Source: Haliotis cracherodii (taxonomy: Eukaryota). Taken from it: 64,000 nt of DNA. The translations under genes were made by a program, and so were the position numbers. The stretch is taken from assembly GCF_022045235.1 (NCBI RefSeq), contig NW_027266279.1, positions 1,860,001-1,924,000 on the forward strand, written 5' to 3'. The notes under the pieces are model-generated. The model was not told the origin of the DNA, ran no database searches, and was given only the letters and a program-made list of their open reading frames with translations. Positions 36,502-49,043 of this stretch are shown here, piece after piece (positions within the stretch are counted from its first letter, which is position 1; each line of letters starts with the position of its first letter).

Positions 36502-37407
36502 TTATGTACACTTATGAATCGCACATAATTCCCATCCCTGCTCATCGGCTAGGTAGCACCACGGATAACCGGAGGGCAGAATGTTGTCTCCAGAAGGGTC
36601 ACGGCAGTAGTTGGCGGCTCCAGCGTAGCCGAGGTTTGGTGCACCGTTGGTGATGTCGAAGTAGTCGCGGAAGTAGGCGTGATTGTTCGGGGCCTTGACG
36701 GACCAGGACTGACATGGTTTTCCGCTTGCGGTTACAGATTTTGTACCACTGTAGACTGCTGTTCCCCCTTGCTTGGTGTAACAGTTAGCTGTGAAGAAAA
36801 TAGCAATATCAACAATAAACACATATACACAAATAATGCTCATGCTTTTTTGACGCGGTTGTCTCATCGAGCGAAAGAGGGTGATTGAATTCGGTTCAAC
36901 GGTTGAACAACTTAGCTATATCTCCTTGCACTTTGTCAGAAGCAATATAAAACCCACGATTAATATCTTAATTTCTTTACTAATCGCACGAAAGAGAGTG
37001 GTACAGTTTGGTATAACGTTTGAAATTTGTGTCAGGAACAACACTTGATTTTCTGCTGTTCTCCCTTGCTTGGTGTTACAGTCAACTTTGAAGAAATTGT
37101 CAGTATCAGAAATATGATATATACAGATTCATACTTTCTTGATGCGGTGTGTCATTCATTGAAGGTAAAACACACAAGTACATTGATGGCAAACGACAAT
37201 CATAGGATCCTAGCGCCCCCAAGGGATGCAACTCTACACACTTTTTGACTTCACAGTCCACTCCCCCCCCCCTCTCTCCCCAACAATGGAAAACAGATAT
37301 TCCTTTTGACTATATATTAGTCCACAGAATTAAGAGAATCACTTACTATTGCATGCTGCCAGTGTTGAAAGAACTGCTAAGATGGCGAGGAGCAGGAGAT
37401 AAGCCAT
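36502..37407 (-). CDS. Secreted single-kringle protein K2, 115 aa; exons join(37407..37347, 36788..36502)
   Basis: Exon 1 encodes MAYLLLLAILAVLSTLAACN followed by gtaagt. Acceptor ttttcttcacag. Exon 2 encodes TNCYTKQGGTAVYSGTKSVTASGKPCQSWSVKAPNNHAYFRDYFDITNGAPNLGYAGAANYCRDPSGDNILPSGYPWCYLADEQGWELCAIHKCT*. AATAAA at 36475-36470. Confidence 0.9.
37053..37165 (-). pseudogene. Truncated duplicate of a K1-type kringle exon start plus its upstream intron, inside the K2 intron
   Basis: Aligns to 29375-29490. The acceptor has changed from cacag to caaag, and only DCNTKQGRTA remains. Confidence 0.75.
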
Positions 37408-38367
37408 GTTGCTGGCTGTACATTTGAGACCGACAGGTCTTTACACCGACGTAGGTACAACCCACGTCGTGACGGGCAGTCAAATGTTGAAGTAGGTGAC
37501 GACATTGCAATTTTAAATGAAATCCCCATCAACCTTTCTGCCATGCGTGACAGATGTGCGGCCAACGTAACTGTCAAATACTTATAAAAAAAATGTCTTT
37601 GTCCGAGTAAATAGGTCTCGCATGTAATCCATTGAGTGTATACTCCATGCATCCATCAAGATATTGCACCAGCTGTAGGGAGTGGCTGTAACGAGATGCT
37701 TGAATGTTTGCAATGAAATTTCGTACGACCCCCATAGATAACCAAAGAATGATTGTCATTGTTGTGAACACATTATACAGTGACATGAACTCCTTGACGG
37801 ATTTCCGTGGATATTAATACTTTTCACTGAACAGAGAACAGTGAACATTACTGGACATTATTGCTACTTTGATAATTGATACACATTATCCTGTACATAA
37901 AAGTGGCAACTGGTGATATTGTTCACATTCCGTCATGAAGTCGGATCATAGGATAAAGCTATCAGGTAGACGTTGTGTGTCGAGATTAAACGGTCGACAG
38001 TTACACATTGCCACTTGAATAACACCTTTCTAAACCTGACAGCAAAATCTCCCAACAAGAAACACATGTATAAGAATCGGAATTCATAGCTCACATGGTA
38101 AAAGTAAAAAGTCAACACTCTGCTTCATTGATGACGCATCCTGTACCAACGCAACATGGCATGTTTTTAATGATATGTGGTGAAGACATATATACCAGGA
38201 ACTATATGGCTCACGGCATAGATAATCACCTAACTGTTGCCTTTATTAAAATGATTTGGACCAACAGTTGGTGACAGTAAAACAAAAAGAGCATTGATTC
38301 CATTGATTGCTTCACATTTTAATGCACAGTCAGTGTGGTTTGGCACATTGAGTATCATAGATATGAA

Positions 38368-38517
38368 GTGAGTGAGTATGGTTTTACGCCGCTTTTAGCA
38401 ATATTCCAGCAATATCACGGCGGGAGACACCAGAAATGGGCTTCACACATTGTACCCACGTCGGGTCTTCGGCGTGACGAGCGAACGCTTTAACCACTAG
38501 GCTACCCGACCGCCCCC
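38368..38517 (-). mobile_element. SINE family A copy
   Basis: Reverse complement of family A, flanked by a catagatat duplication. Confidence 0.85.
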
Positions 38518-38639
38518 ATAGATATTAAGAACATGTACATATTGTATGTCATACTATAACAGAAAATGAACGTATAATATGTCATTAATACTTTAAATAA
38601 GTTGCACATTTCATTAGGTTATGATTATATTTTTAAAAA

Positions 38640-40195
38640 GTATATTTCTTCGGTCATTTCATAAGTTTCTTCAACTCAACATTAGCAAATCATCCACAGC
38701 ATCAAACAACATCCTTCAGTTTCCTGGTTGTTCCGATATGAGTGGATATCTGGTATCATAGTCAATCAGTTTGCGATAGTTGATCGTATCAATCCCTACT
38801 CCACTGTCTGACTGATGGGACATCTTACTTAGAGAGTCAACCAAAATAGGTACTAGTTTTCAGCTCAGGACAATCTTCATGTACATCACTGAACGCTTTC
38901 TATCCTGTCGATGTAAATATCTGATAAATACAGAGACAGCAGGAGCACGACTGCTTATATTGTGATGGTAGCCCATTTGAAGGACGTCCGAAGCGAGCCG
39001 GTCGCTTTGTTGTCGTTTTGCAATCAGTATCCATCCAAAGACCTACATGAAAGGTTCGTAGTTGTTCCCACTGATAAGGCCTCAAATGACATAACCATTA
39101 TATGAAATCATCACTGTATTAATTGTTTAATCAAAGAACTTAATATAAGTATAAGTGTCACATCAAATAAAACTATATATAAGGCCAGTATGCTAACTGA
39201 GGAAGAGAGGGGGCGATCGGGTAGCCTAGTGGTTAAAGCGTTCGCTCGTCACGCCGAAGACCTGGGTTCGATTCCGACATGGGTACAATGTGTGAAGCCC
39301 ATTTCTGGTGTCCCCCGCCGTGATATTGCTGGAATATTGCTAAAAGCGGCGTAAAACCATACTCACTCACTTACTGGGGAAGAAATCTGTCTAAACCATG
39401 CATCAGTACTAACGACTTTTGGCTTCACTCTAAAACTTGAAGACATGTCCATTCCTCGTTTGTACCTGATCCTAAAGCTCCATGAGAATTCGGTAAATTT
39501 AAATAGTTATATGGCTGGGTTCAACGAATGAACCACTAAATCAAATATTAACCAGTAATCCTTAACACAATCAAGGAAGGAATATCCTCATATCCAAAGA
39601 AAGTATTTGAGATTAGTGGAATTAACCCCATATGGATTTGCTTTACCTTTTACAATCTCAGAAAAGAACCAAGTTCAATTCTGTCAAAATATTTGAGTTT
39701 TTGTACACAACTATCCAACGTGACACACGTCAAGTAAAAACTTCATTCCTTGACCTTTGGGGCTTTTTTGGAACACGTAGTGACCATTGACACAGTTACA
39801 TATCTATCTTCAGAGGTTTAGGACAATTTGTCAAAAATGAAAGCAAATGCCATCTGAAGTTTACTGAGAAAACAATATTTCAAATGCCGTACTTTTTCAT
39901 TGATAACATCCATGTACAAATTGGGGCAAGACATTTCGTCAAGACGTAGGCATCCCAATGGGCATTACTTATGTTCCCCTTCTTGCTTATAGTTTACTTC
40001 ATTCATATGAATCGGAATTTCTACTCGGATTTTTTCAGATGCACAATGGACTTGCCTATGCATGTGTTTGTGACGGGTGCCACCGGCGGGGCAGGATACG
40101 CTCAATTTTTCGCGAACACCTGGTATCATCACTATTTGTTAGTTATTCATGAGCACATTCTCATGATATAGTCGGAATCGTATTATGAGTTTGGA
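38640..40195 (+). mobile_element. Degenerate Penelope-like retroelement RT remnant (SINE A inserted at 39208-39370)
   Basis: Frameshifted peptides LHERFVVVPTDKASN, IPRLYLILKLHEN and IDNIHVQIGARHFRQDVGIPMGITYVPLLAYSLLHSYESEF correspond to the PLE RT motifs (P.DK..N; KLHK; Q..GIPMG). Confidence 0.7.
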
Positions 40196-41373
40196 AAGAG
40201 TGTTATACCATTTTATTTTCTCTTTGGCCTGTACAAATAAGTATCGGGAGTGAGGCAGTGAGCTGGGTTTAACGCTGTTTTGAACATTATTGAAGTTATA
40301 TCACGGAGTGTCGGCTCGATGTAAGAAGAAGGCTCGAAGCGCATTTAACACGAGCACGGGTATGGTGCTGACAAACCTAGATTGTCAGGGATTCGAACCT
40401 ATGACCATTGGTTTGTGGCACACCAAATGGGAAGCTTGTGTATTTTCACTGGAATATCGACTACTACGACCATTATCAACCCGGTTAAAGAAGTAACTCT
40501 CTTTATAAGTTACATTTTGTGAGTGAGTTGGGTTTAAAGCCGCCAGTTACATCATGGCGTGAATGTGGAAAGAATGACCAGCTTGACGCACGTCGTTGGC
40601 CTCGAAATGTTACTGAACATAAAGGGAAAATTGACTTTTGGAAAGTTTCATTTTGCATAGACCTAAATATGAAACAGACGAAGCGGGCTCAATGTTTTTT
40701 GTTTTTGTTTTGAATCAAACTGATGTGCATTTCGAACCAAGAGGTTGTCTGTTAAATTCTTGGCATCAAAACCCAAATCACCAACTCACTTCTAGACAGG
40801 AGCGTTCCCGCATAGCTGATACGGATGTGACCCTGCTTGTTTTAAAAGAACGCCCTCCTCCATCACGGCATGACAGCTTGGTGCTGGAGAAAATAGCGTT
40901 ATGTGAATCTCTACCAAAATGTCTGGTCTTTCTGGGCAACACGTTCCCTAATCACTCCTTCATTTACACATTGCTTTGCTCATAGTGATGTGAGCTCGTC
41001 GGTACTCTGACACAGAGTGTTTGTTCGAAAGGAATCCGCCCTACCTTTTCGCCGTGCCAGATTGATGCTGGAGAAACTCCAACAATAACGTAGACTAGCA
41101 AAAATAATTTGGCTCAGGCTCAAATCGAAAACATTTCGTATGTCCTAAAAATGTTACTGTTCGGCTCTACCCCGCCCCGAATATAGCAACAAATAAACAA
41201 AACAAAAAGAAAACAAAAAGAAACACAAATTAACACCAAATATGATACAGTCCATAATTAAGAAGATGGAAAACAATACCATTTTTTTCAATCAGAATTT
41301 ATTATTGAAACAAGATTCACGATTCAAATCTTGTGTTGATATTCAAGATCCACTTATGTACACTTATGGACAC

Positions 41374-44300
41374 TTATGGGCACTTATGGGCCGTGCATGT
41401 GTCCCACCCTTCACCATCGGCAGTGTAGCACCACAACGATCCCATTGGAGGGTTGGAGTCTGAAGATGGGTCACGGCAGTAGTTTTCAGGATAGCCGAGG
41501 TTTGGTGCACCGTTGGTGATGTCGAAGTTCTGGCTGAGAAAACCGTGATTGTTCGGGGTCTTGGCGGACCAGGACTGACATGTTTTTCCGCTACTGGTTT
41601 CAGATTTTGTACCACTGTAGACTGCTGTTCCATCGTGCTTGGTGTAACAGTCAGCTGTGAAGAAAATGTCAGTATCAACAATAAACACACATACATAAAT
41701 TATCCTCACGCTATTTGGACACGGTTGTCTCATCGAACGAAATAGGGTGATTGAATTCGTTTTAACGGCTGAACAACTTAGCTAAATCACAGTGTGTCGG
41801 CTAATGTGGGGTGAGATGCAAAATTTATGCGGGTCTCAGACATTTGCAACTTTGGTAAAACGAGGATCATAATTAGGTTGAATATTGAATTCGTACCACG
41901 GTCATAGGATCCTGGCACGCCTAGCGGGCGGCAACTCTACGCTTCGAAGTGGTGCGCCTTCGACAACTTGTGGCACCCGTTAAATTAAATCATGATATAA
42001 ACATGGCATTCGGCATGTACACTGGACTAGTTCACTTCTTAATGCACTGTCTTGATTGCAATATAATTAAGAACAAAATTTAATTTCGAGGAGCTTTCTT
42101 TAAATCCTTCCAAAATAACGATTTCACGCTTTTCGTTGTTGTTCGGCGTCAGGCACCAAGGAAACATTTACTTTTTAATGCAAATTGTATGAGTGTCGGG
42201 CGCTTCCTGTGGGGCAAGGCATCCTTCCCTTTAAGCAAACACCTGTGTTATCACTTTAAGCGAACACCTGTGTTATCACTGGTTTTCGTGAACCATTCGT
42301 ATATATTTCACCCTTATTTTGCCTTTTCCGCGTAATGGAATCTGTTTCGGCGGATAACCGAGACTAGTTAGACCCAGCATTCGTCACCCACAATGAGAGA
42401 GATTTGAGTTACGTCGTTTCCATGCGGTTTTCCAGCTGTATCACGGCGGGGGATACCAGAAATGTCACCAAGGATTTATGTCACTGAAAGATGATGTTTT
42501 CTCGCTGCAACGGTTTTAAAACTACGTCTGTGATAATCTAGTTATTTTACTGTCCTTCGTCGACAGGTTTTATTTTCAGTTTTGTGTATTATTAATATAT
42601 AACTTGATTCAGTCACGATATGGCTGAAATATTGCCGATGTGATTATAAACTCACTCACTCACTTACTCTCACTGCAACGTATGTAATAAGATAGAAAAT
42701 ATAGACAGTTTTATATTTACAATATTGTTGCCATGACCACATGTTATGCTGCCTTCTTCCAATGTTTCAGGTCTCTGGGCTCTCTGTTTTTAGAAATTTA
42801 GATTTGTACAATTTCAAATTTTCATTAAAATACCTCAAATTAACTGAACCAGATAATTTTGAGATTGAAAGAAGGGAAATGAAACTAGGAGTGATGGAAT
42901 TACCGCTTCATCTATCAAAATTTAACATAAAAATAGAAGCACATGACAAGACAGATAGTCCAAGTCCTCATTTACGTGTGTGAATGCAAACATGAGTGAG
43001 TGAGTTGGGTTTAAACACCGCTTTTAACAGTATTCCAGTTATATCTGCCCCAACAGTAAACAGGCTTCCGCTTTACAAGATCTTTTGCGCGTTAACTGTT
43101 CATCTGCGTGAACGTCAGTTTCATGCGTGTTATGTAGTTTTAATGTATGATTGTCCTATCTATACTCGGCAACAAAAGTTCCGGTTGCATACAAAAATAA
43201 ACTTTCTGGTGTTCAAATCGGATACGAAACTATGAAAACGTGTAGCACAAACGCAACCTCAGCAGAAAAGCATGATCTGATGGCAAAAAGTGTCTTCCAT
43301 GCAGCAACCATGCACTTGATGATGTAAACCAGGGTATGAAAGCGCGCGTGTTGTGGGGATTCGGTGTCTGCTTGTCATGACAACTGCAACACGGAAAAAC
43401 ATCACATTTCAATCATTATTTGAAGTTTGGAGATGCCACGCCTATCTGAAAATGACCGCTTGCGAGCAATTGGTATGCTCCATTCAAGAACGTCGCAGCG
43501 TGAAGTTGGTCGGCGATTGAACGTGCACAGAAACACCATTTGACGTTATGGCAGCAAACAAACAGTCAGGGACCGACCAAGGAGCGGCAGGTCCCCCGTC
43601 ATTCAAGATCGTTGGATTCGAATCACCCATCTGCGAAATCGGTTTCAGCCTGCAACAATCACTGCGAGAACCATCCCTGGTCTTTGTCGAATATCGCCGT
43701 CTATCCCCCGTTCACATGCGCCTCTATACATATGTGTCAATATGGGCACACGTGTGTCGAAACACATATGTCAGTATACTTTTCATGTGAACGCATTTAC
43801 TCATGTGTGTATATTTACACCAGGAGCAAATTTGCATCATGCCTGGAGCAAGTGCAAATGTGAACGTAAATATGCACTGTGTGTATATGTTGCAATGTGA
43901 ATTATGTTAACATGAGAGCATGATCTTATTTATAGCTGTTCTTTTGCCAACACCAAACAAATTGTCAACAGTTGTCAACTTTTATGGGTATATAGTTGGG
44001 CGGACAGTGTTTTCTTTTGGTTTCAAGGATTCAAAACTTTGTGTACAAATTAAATCAAACACATGTTTCTTCACGCGAAAATTTTCGGTGAAGTAACTCT
44101 CTTCTCATTCAACTTAGGTTGGAAAACAAGTTAAACAACCTGTTTTGTGTTGAAAGTTATTTGGTTGAATATGTGTGCCTCACACAAGTTGAAATTCACG
44201 TGAACGCATAGTAAATTTACATGTACACACGTATGTATAGTTACACATGTGGAAAATTCTGGTTTGCAAGTGACCAATGGCAATTTGAACGGACAGCGTT

Positions 44301-45453
44301 AGAGTGACGAGGTCATCCAGCCTATCGTTGTGACGTTTTTGAATCAACATGGACCTGGCATGATGTTTCAGCATGAAAACGCCCGAGCCTATGTAGCTTG
44401 GATTGTTCAACAAGCACGTGGACAGAACAACTTGAATGTGATTCCATGGCCTAATCGCTCTCCAATTCTTTTTTACCAATTGAACACATGTGGGATGAAA
44501 TGGACCGACGTCGCCGACGTTTACCACGTGCTCCGACAACATTATAGGAACTGAGAGACAGGCTGGGGAGATATGGGATGCCATATACAAAACTGTAAGA
44601 CGTTTGATCCGTTTAATGCGCAGGAGATTGCATGCATCCAAGTGAGAAGGGTGGACACACACGCAACTGTGTCAATGGACAATTCTGTTCTTGCATCTCT
44701 TATCATAACGTCATTTCCGTGCTCGACATGTGTCATTAATTGTGTAAACTTGTTTTATTGGTCCATTGTCTGTTTGAAAATATGAATTCGTTCTGATGTG
44801 TGCGTCTACTTTGATCCGGTTTCAGATGTGTGCGTTTACTTTGATCCGGTTCTTGTTTTATATCGTGTCACAGTGTTTTTTTCTTGCTGAGTATAGTTAC
44901 TTATATAGAAGTTTTATCCTAACTGTACTGATTTTCAGGCGTGGGGATCCGGAGGCGGCGAGATTTGGGTTCAGCATTTTTTTGGTAATGTTTAGGAGCG
45001 GGTTGGTTTTTTTTCAACCAAAACAGGTGCCCGTTTATTATTTGTTTACCTGTTGGATGCAACAGAGACAGGGATAAACTTCAGTGCTAATTTGAAATTC
45101 GAAGAGCTTTTCGTAAATACATTCACGGGAATAAGATACCATTTAAAACATTTTGCAATGATACAGGTGAATCAAGTCAAAGGCTTTAGCGTCAAAGAAG
45201 CCACCTTTAAGATTTTAAAGAAACGTTTACCAAACATGTTTAACCAACAAGCACTGTTATTGTACGTGAAATGAATTTATTTATGTAGCTGCTGTCACCC
45301 ACACGACGGAGCATGATTTGACAAATTCCTCAAACGTCAGTTAGAACTGAACTTGTAAACTTGTAGTCCATAGAATTGAGAGCATTACTTACTATTGCAC
45401 GATGCCAGTGTGGACAGAATTGCCAAGGTCGCGAGGAGCAGGAGACGAGCCAT
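41374..45453 (-). CDS. Secreted single-kringle protein K3, 113 aa; exons join(45453..45393, 41654..41374)
   Basis: Exon 1 encodes MARLLLLATLAILSTLASCN followed by gtaagt. Acceptor ttttcttcacag. Exon 2 encodes TDCYTKHDGTAVYSGTKSETSSGKTCQSWSAKTPNNHGFLSQNFDITNGAPNLGYPENYCRDPSSDSNPPMGSLWCYTADGEGWDTCTAHKCP*. AATAAA at 41303-41298. Confidence 0.9.
43163..44893 (+). mobile_element. Defective Tc1/mariner transposon in the K3 intron, with a nested ~0.55-kb insertion at ~43705-44270
   Basis: Termini TA|TACTCGGCAA and TTGCTGAGTA|TA. N-terminal HTH peptide MPRLSENDRLRAIGML..QREVGRRLNVHRNTI..DRPRSGR from ~43433; catalytic region FQHENARAY..NVIPWPNRSP..PIEHMWDEM at ~44330-44520. Confidence 0.85.
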
Positions 45454-48400
45454 GTTGCTGTGCGGCGGAGACCGACTGGTTGTTGCTACGGAGAAGGTAC
45501 TACACACGTCGTGGTAGACAGTCAAATGTTGACGTGGATGGCGCGATTGCAATTTTAAATGAAATCCATATTGACCTTTCTGCCATGCGTGACAGATGTG
45601 AGGCCAACGTAATTGTCAAATTCTCCTGAAAGAGTCTTTGTTAGAGTAAATAGGGATTAGACGTAATCCATTTAGAATATTCTCCATGCATCTTTAGACA
45701 ATGGGGCAGCTGTGACGAGGTGTTTGAGTGATTGGAATAAAATTACGTATGAACTGCAGAGCTACAGATAAGCAGCGTATTGGCCCCCCTCCCCCCAAAT
45801 AAAAATAATAATAATCAAAACCCAATTACTCTCAATTAACTTGCGTGCAGAAACGCATGCATTAAATGAAAAACTCAAATGTATAAAAACAGCACGACGT
45901 CGCGTAAATACTCATTGAAGTTTTTTTCAGCACGTGTACAACGGAGCTAATTTCCGAATCACAATTACGAGCTAATTTACTTTCCGTGTCAAGCCTATAT
46001 ATTTAGAACAGTTATATACATGTAAAGGCGGGATATTTTGCCCAAGTTCCTTACAACAGTTACCAAAATATCCGGCCAATTTACTAATTTTAGAATAGGG
46101 TTTGGGGTTCACGGCACTGGTCTCAGGGGTCCCATAGCAACAGCTCTTAGCCAATAGCCTGGGACTATGGGGTCACATGACAGGGGCCAGTGCCCCCGTG
46201 TGACCTCAAAACTTTTTAACCGCCTCTTTCTGCCTGCACTGCCTGGACACCAACATCGCCAGCTAGCCCTGTTCATTTTGTTTTAGGTAAGAGCACCAGT
46301 TTCTCTGTACGGCATCTATAGGTCTATTGTAGGCAATTATTGTATGGTCCGGTGCATAGTTATAACATTTACAGGATTAGGAATCATGTGCTGCATTTAT
46401 TTTCATAAAGTCAAGCAAAATTCAAAACAAGTGTTTGGCCATTGTCCAAGTAATTCTTGCTGTGCCAAACTGGCAAACATCGCTCATCTGTGACTGTCCA
46501 AAGGTGCACCCAATGGCAATAATGAATGACATTTATTTGTTGCACTATTTTCTCGTTTGAAAATAGCTGTAGTAAAATACCTTTTGTGTTTGGAAGTAAT
46601 TTTGCTAATTGGATCGGCCAGTCAAAATTGAAACTAGCTCTTTGCTAAATTCAAAGTTCCATTTATTCCAAATTCTTTCGTCTGATAAATGCACTTGTTG
46701 CTGACAACAACAGAACTCTGTTGCAAGTTTATTTTAAAGTAACAAGTGGCTGACCCCTCACTGACAGCTCTTGACCTGTGCGCTGGGAGCACACATTATC
46801 TTCGGCTATCCTCGGCATTCTCCGGCTCTCTTCCGGTGGCATCACAAAATGGCCGCACCGGATGTAAACAAGGCATGGCTCCGTCGTCTGCTTCATGTTT
46901 ACCTTAACACAGTTTGGCCTACCATACATTAATGTCATCCTATCCTAATGTCTGCGAAGTAATGGTAACACATACCAGTTCACATATATGGCATAATATT
47001 CAGGCAATTTAAGATTAGTGTACATTCCTGCAGATGATAATTTTCTTGTCCTCTTGGCGTCTGGCGTTACGCAATCCCATATGATGACAGCTGGCTTAGC
47101 AGTAACCAACTTCTAAATATGGAAATACCCTGTTTATTAAATACCAATCCTGTCCTATTAAATATGTAATATTTCTACATTGTCGGATTGGTGTTATAAA
47201 GTATATTTCACGGCGTTTTCCCACTTGATGTGATAGTGAAGTCACCTTGTATTCAATAATAATATAATGTATTATATTATATGGCCAACAATTTGCCTGC
47301 AATCTGAGAAATATGTATTATGTAATATCCATTTACTACATTCATTTTTAATACATTTGCTTTAATTCGGCATTCATTCTGGGTAGCCTCACGTGGCTTA
47401 CCTACTGGGTGTATTGTCATACTGTTGGAGCTAGCCCCATATGGATTGGTATGATCATCCAACAGGCAGTCATACCCCACTCCTCTTAGCCACAATTCTA
47501 GTACAGGCCAGGTGTCCTTTCGTGGTTATTAGGCTTACGTGTTTAAACCGGTTATTTATACATGCATATCATATTCCAAATGCGCTGGGATAAATATTCC
47601 CTCACTTTGGGTTTAAATCCTATATCCTATATGGTAGAAAGGATGTGATGATTATATTGGGGGATTATTGGTTAATGTCATTTCCGTAAACAATCATTGT
47701 CGTTGTGTATTTATTTATGCACATATGCCTTTTTGTATCAATAATGCGTTTGCATAGTCCTTAACATTGTCATTTTCTCTTATAAGTATTATCATCACAT
47801 CCTGAATATCGGTTGGATTATTGTTGATTCTTTTAAATATATTATATAAGCTCTTTCTGCCTGCACTGCCTGGACACCAACATCGCCAGCTGGATCAGCT
47901 CATTTTGTTTTAGGTGTCTTCCAGTCTGTGCAGTCAGGATTTGCACCCTGTAACTTTCTTACTTTATAATACACAATTATTACTGTCTTTTTGTGTTGTG
48001 TTATCTTTGACTGGAGTATTTCGCGCAGTAAGCACACTTGCCCATCCCTTTTCCGTGAGACGAAATCGTTACACAACTGTGGTGATTTCACAGGTCTTAC
48101 ATACATCTAAAAACATTATTTCATTTTTTTAGTCTTAAAATGTTCACCAACTTTGGGAAAAACCCAATAGAGTGATGAATAGATGAGTGAAAATAATATT
48201 GGTTTACCAATGAAAAATATAATAACCCAATTAAAATAGAAACCTTAGAGTAAAAACTCAATTGCTCTAAAAGTTATCTGGAGCTCTGATGAACGCAATA
48301 GATAACCAGAGAATGATTGGCATTGTTGTCAACACATTATATATTAACATTCCCCGTTTGAAATATATTTTGTGGATAGTAATATTTTGTTATTGAACAC

Positions 48401-48815
48401 AACAGTCAGCACGATAGTGTCTACTGCTGATATTATTCCTATTCCGTCTTGAAGAAGGACAAAGTTAATTTGGGTTGAATTGGTTCATTTAGTAAACGTT
48501 TTATGAGACAAACTAGTATTGGTTGCATTGATACATACAGATCTGTGGCACTTTATAATCCAACGGACTCACAAACTCTACTCCTTGTCCTTTTTCTAGA
48601 TACCAGGGGGCGCTGGAGGTCCAGCAGTCGTATCGTGTCGGGTTCATGTCAGTTTGTACACATTTGAGACTCGTTCCACACGTGATTTAATTTGGGAAAA
48701 ATAATATATACAATATCAATTAATATTCCCGTAATATTAATTAGACTAAAATTATGCGTGGAACACATAGTCTAGAGTCTATACACAGTTTTATGAAATA
48801 ATGAATTTCAGATTA

Positions 48816-49043
48816 GAAGGTAGACATAATTTTATGGATAACAACTTCTTTTGTACTGTAAAAAGCGAGGTTTCGGTGTAAATCCTTATACAGTTGTCAA
48901 GTATACTGTTTGACAGTCTTGCTTAACAACGGCATAAGGATCTATACCGAAACGTCGCTGTTTACAGTACAAAAGAAGTTGTTATCCATAAAATTGTGTC
49001 TACCTTGTCATCCGTCAACTTCAAAGTAATGCTTATCAAACAA
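48816..49043 (+). mobile_element. Palindromic insertion with a 12-bp TSD; probable Penelope-like inverted pseudo-LTR
   Basis: Imperfect inverted repeat at 48817-49006 plus a 37-bp tail; TSD aatttcagatta at 48804-48815 and 49044-49055. Confidence 0.65.

Noticed and set aside
36789-36867. Hydrophobic N-termini of the kringle ORFs in the track (also 41655-41733 and 50178-50298) as signal peptides of single-exon genes
   Set aside because: They are polypyrimidine/intron sequence, not conserved in frame in K1. A conserved true signal-peptide exon with a gtaagt donor exists upstream of each gene.
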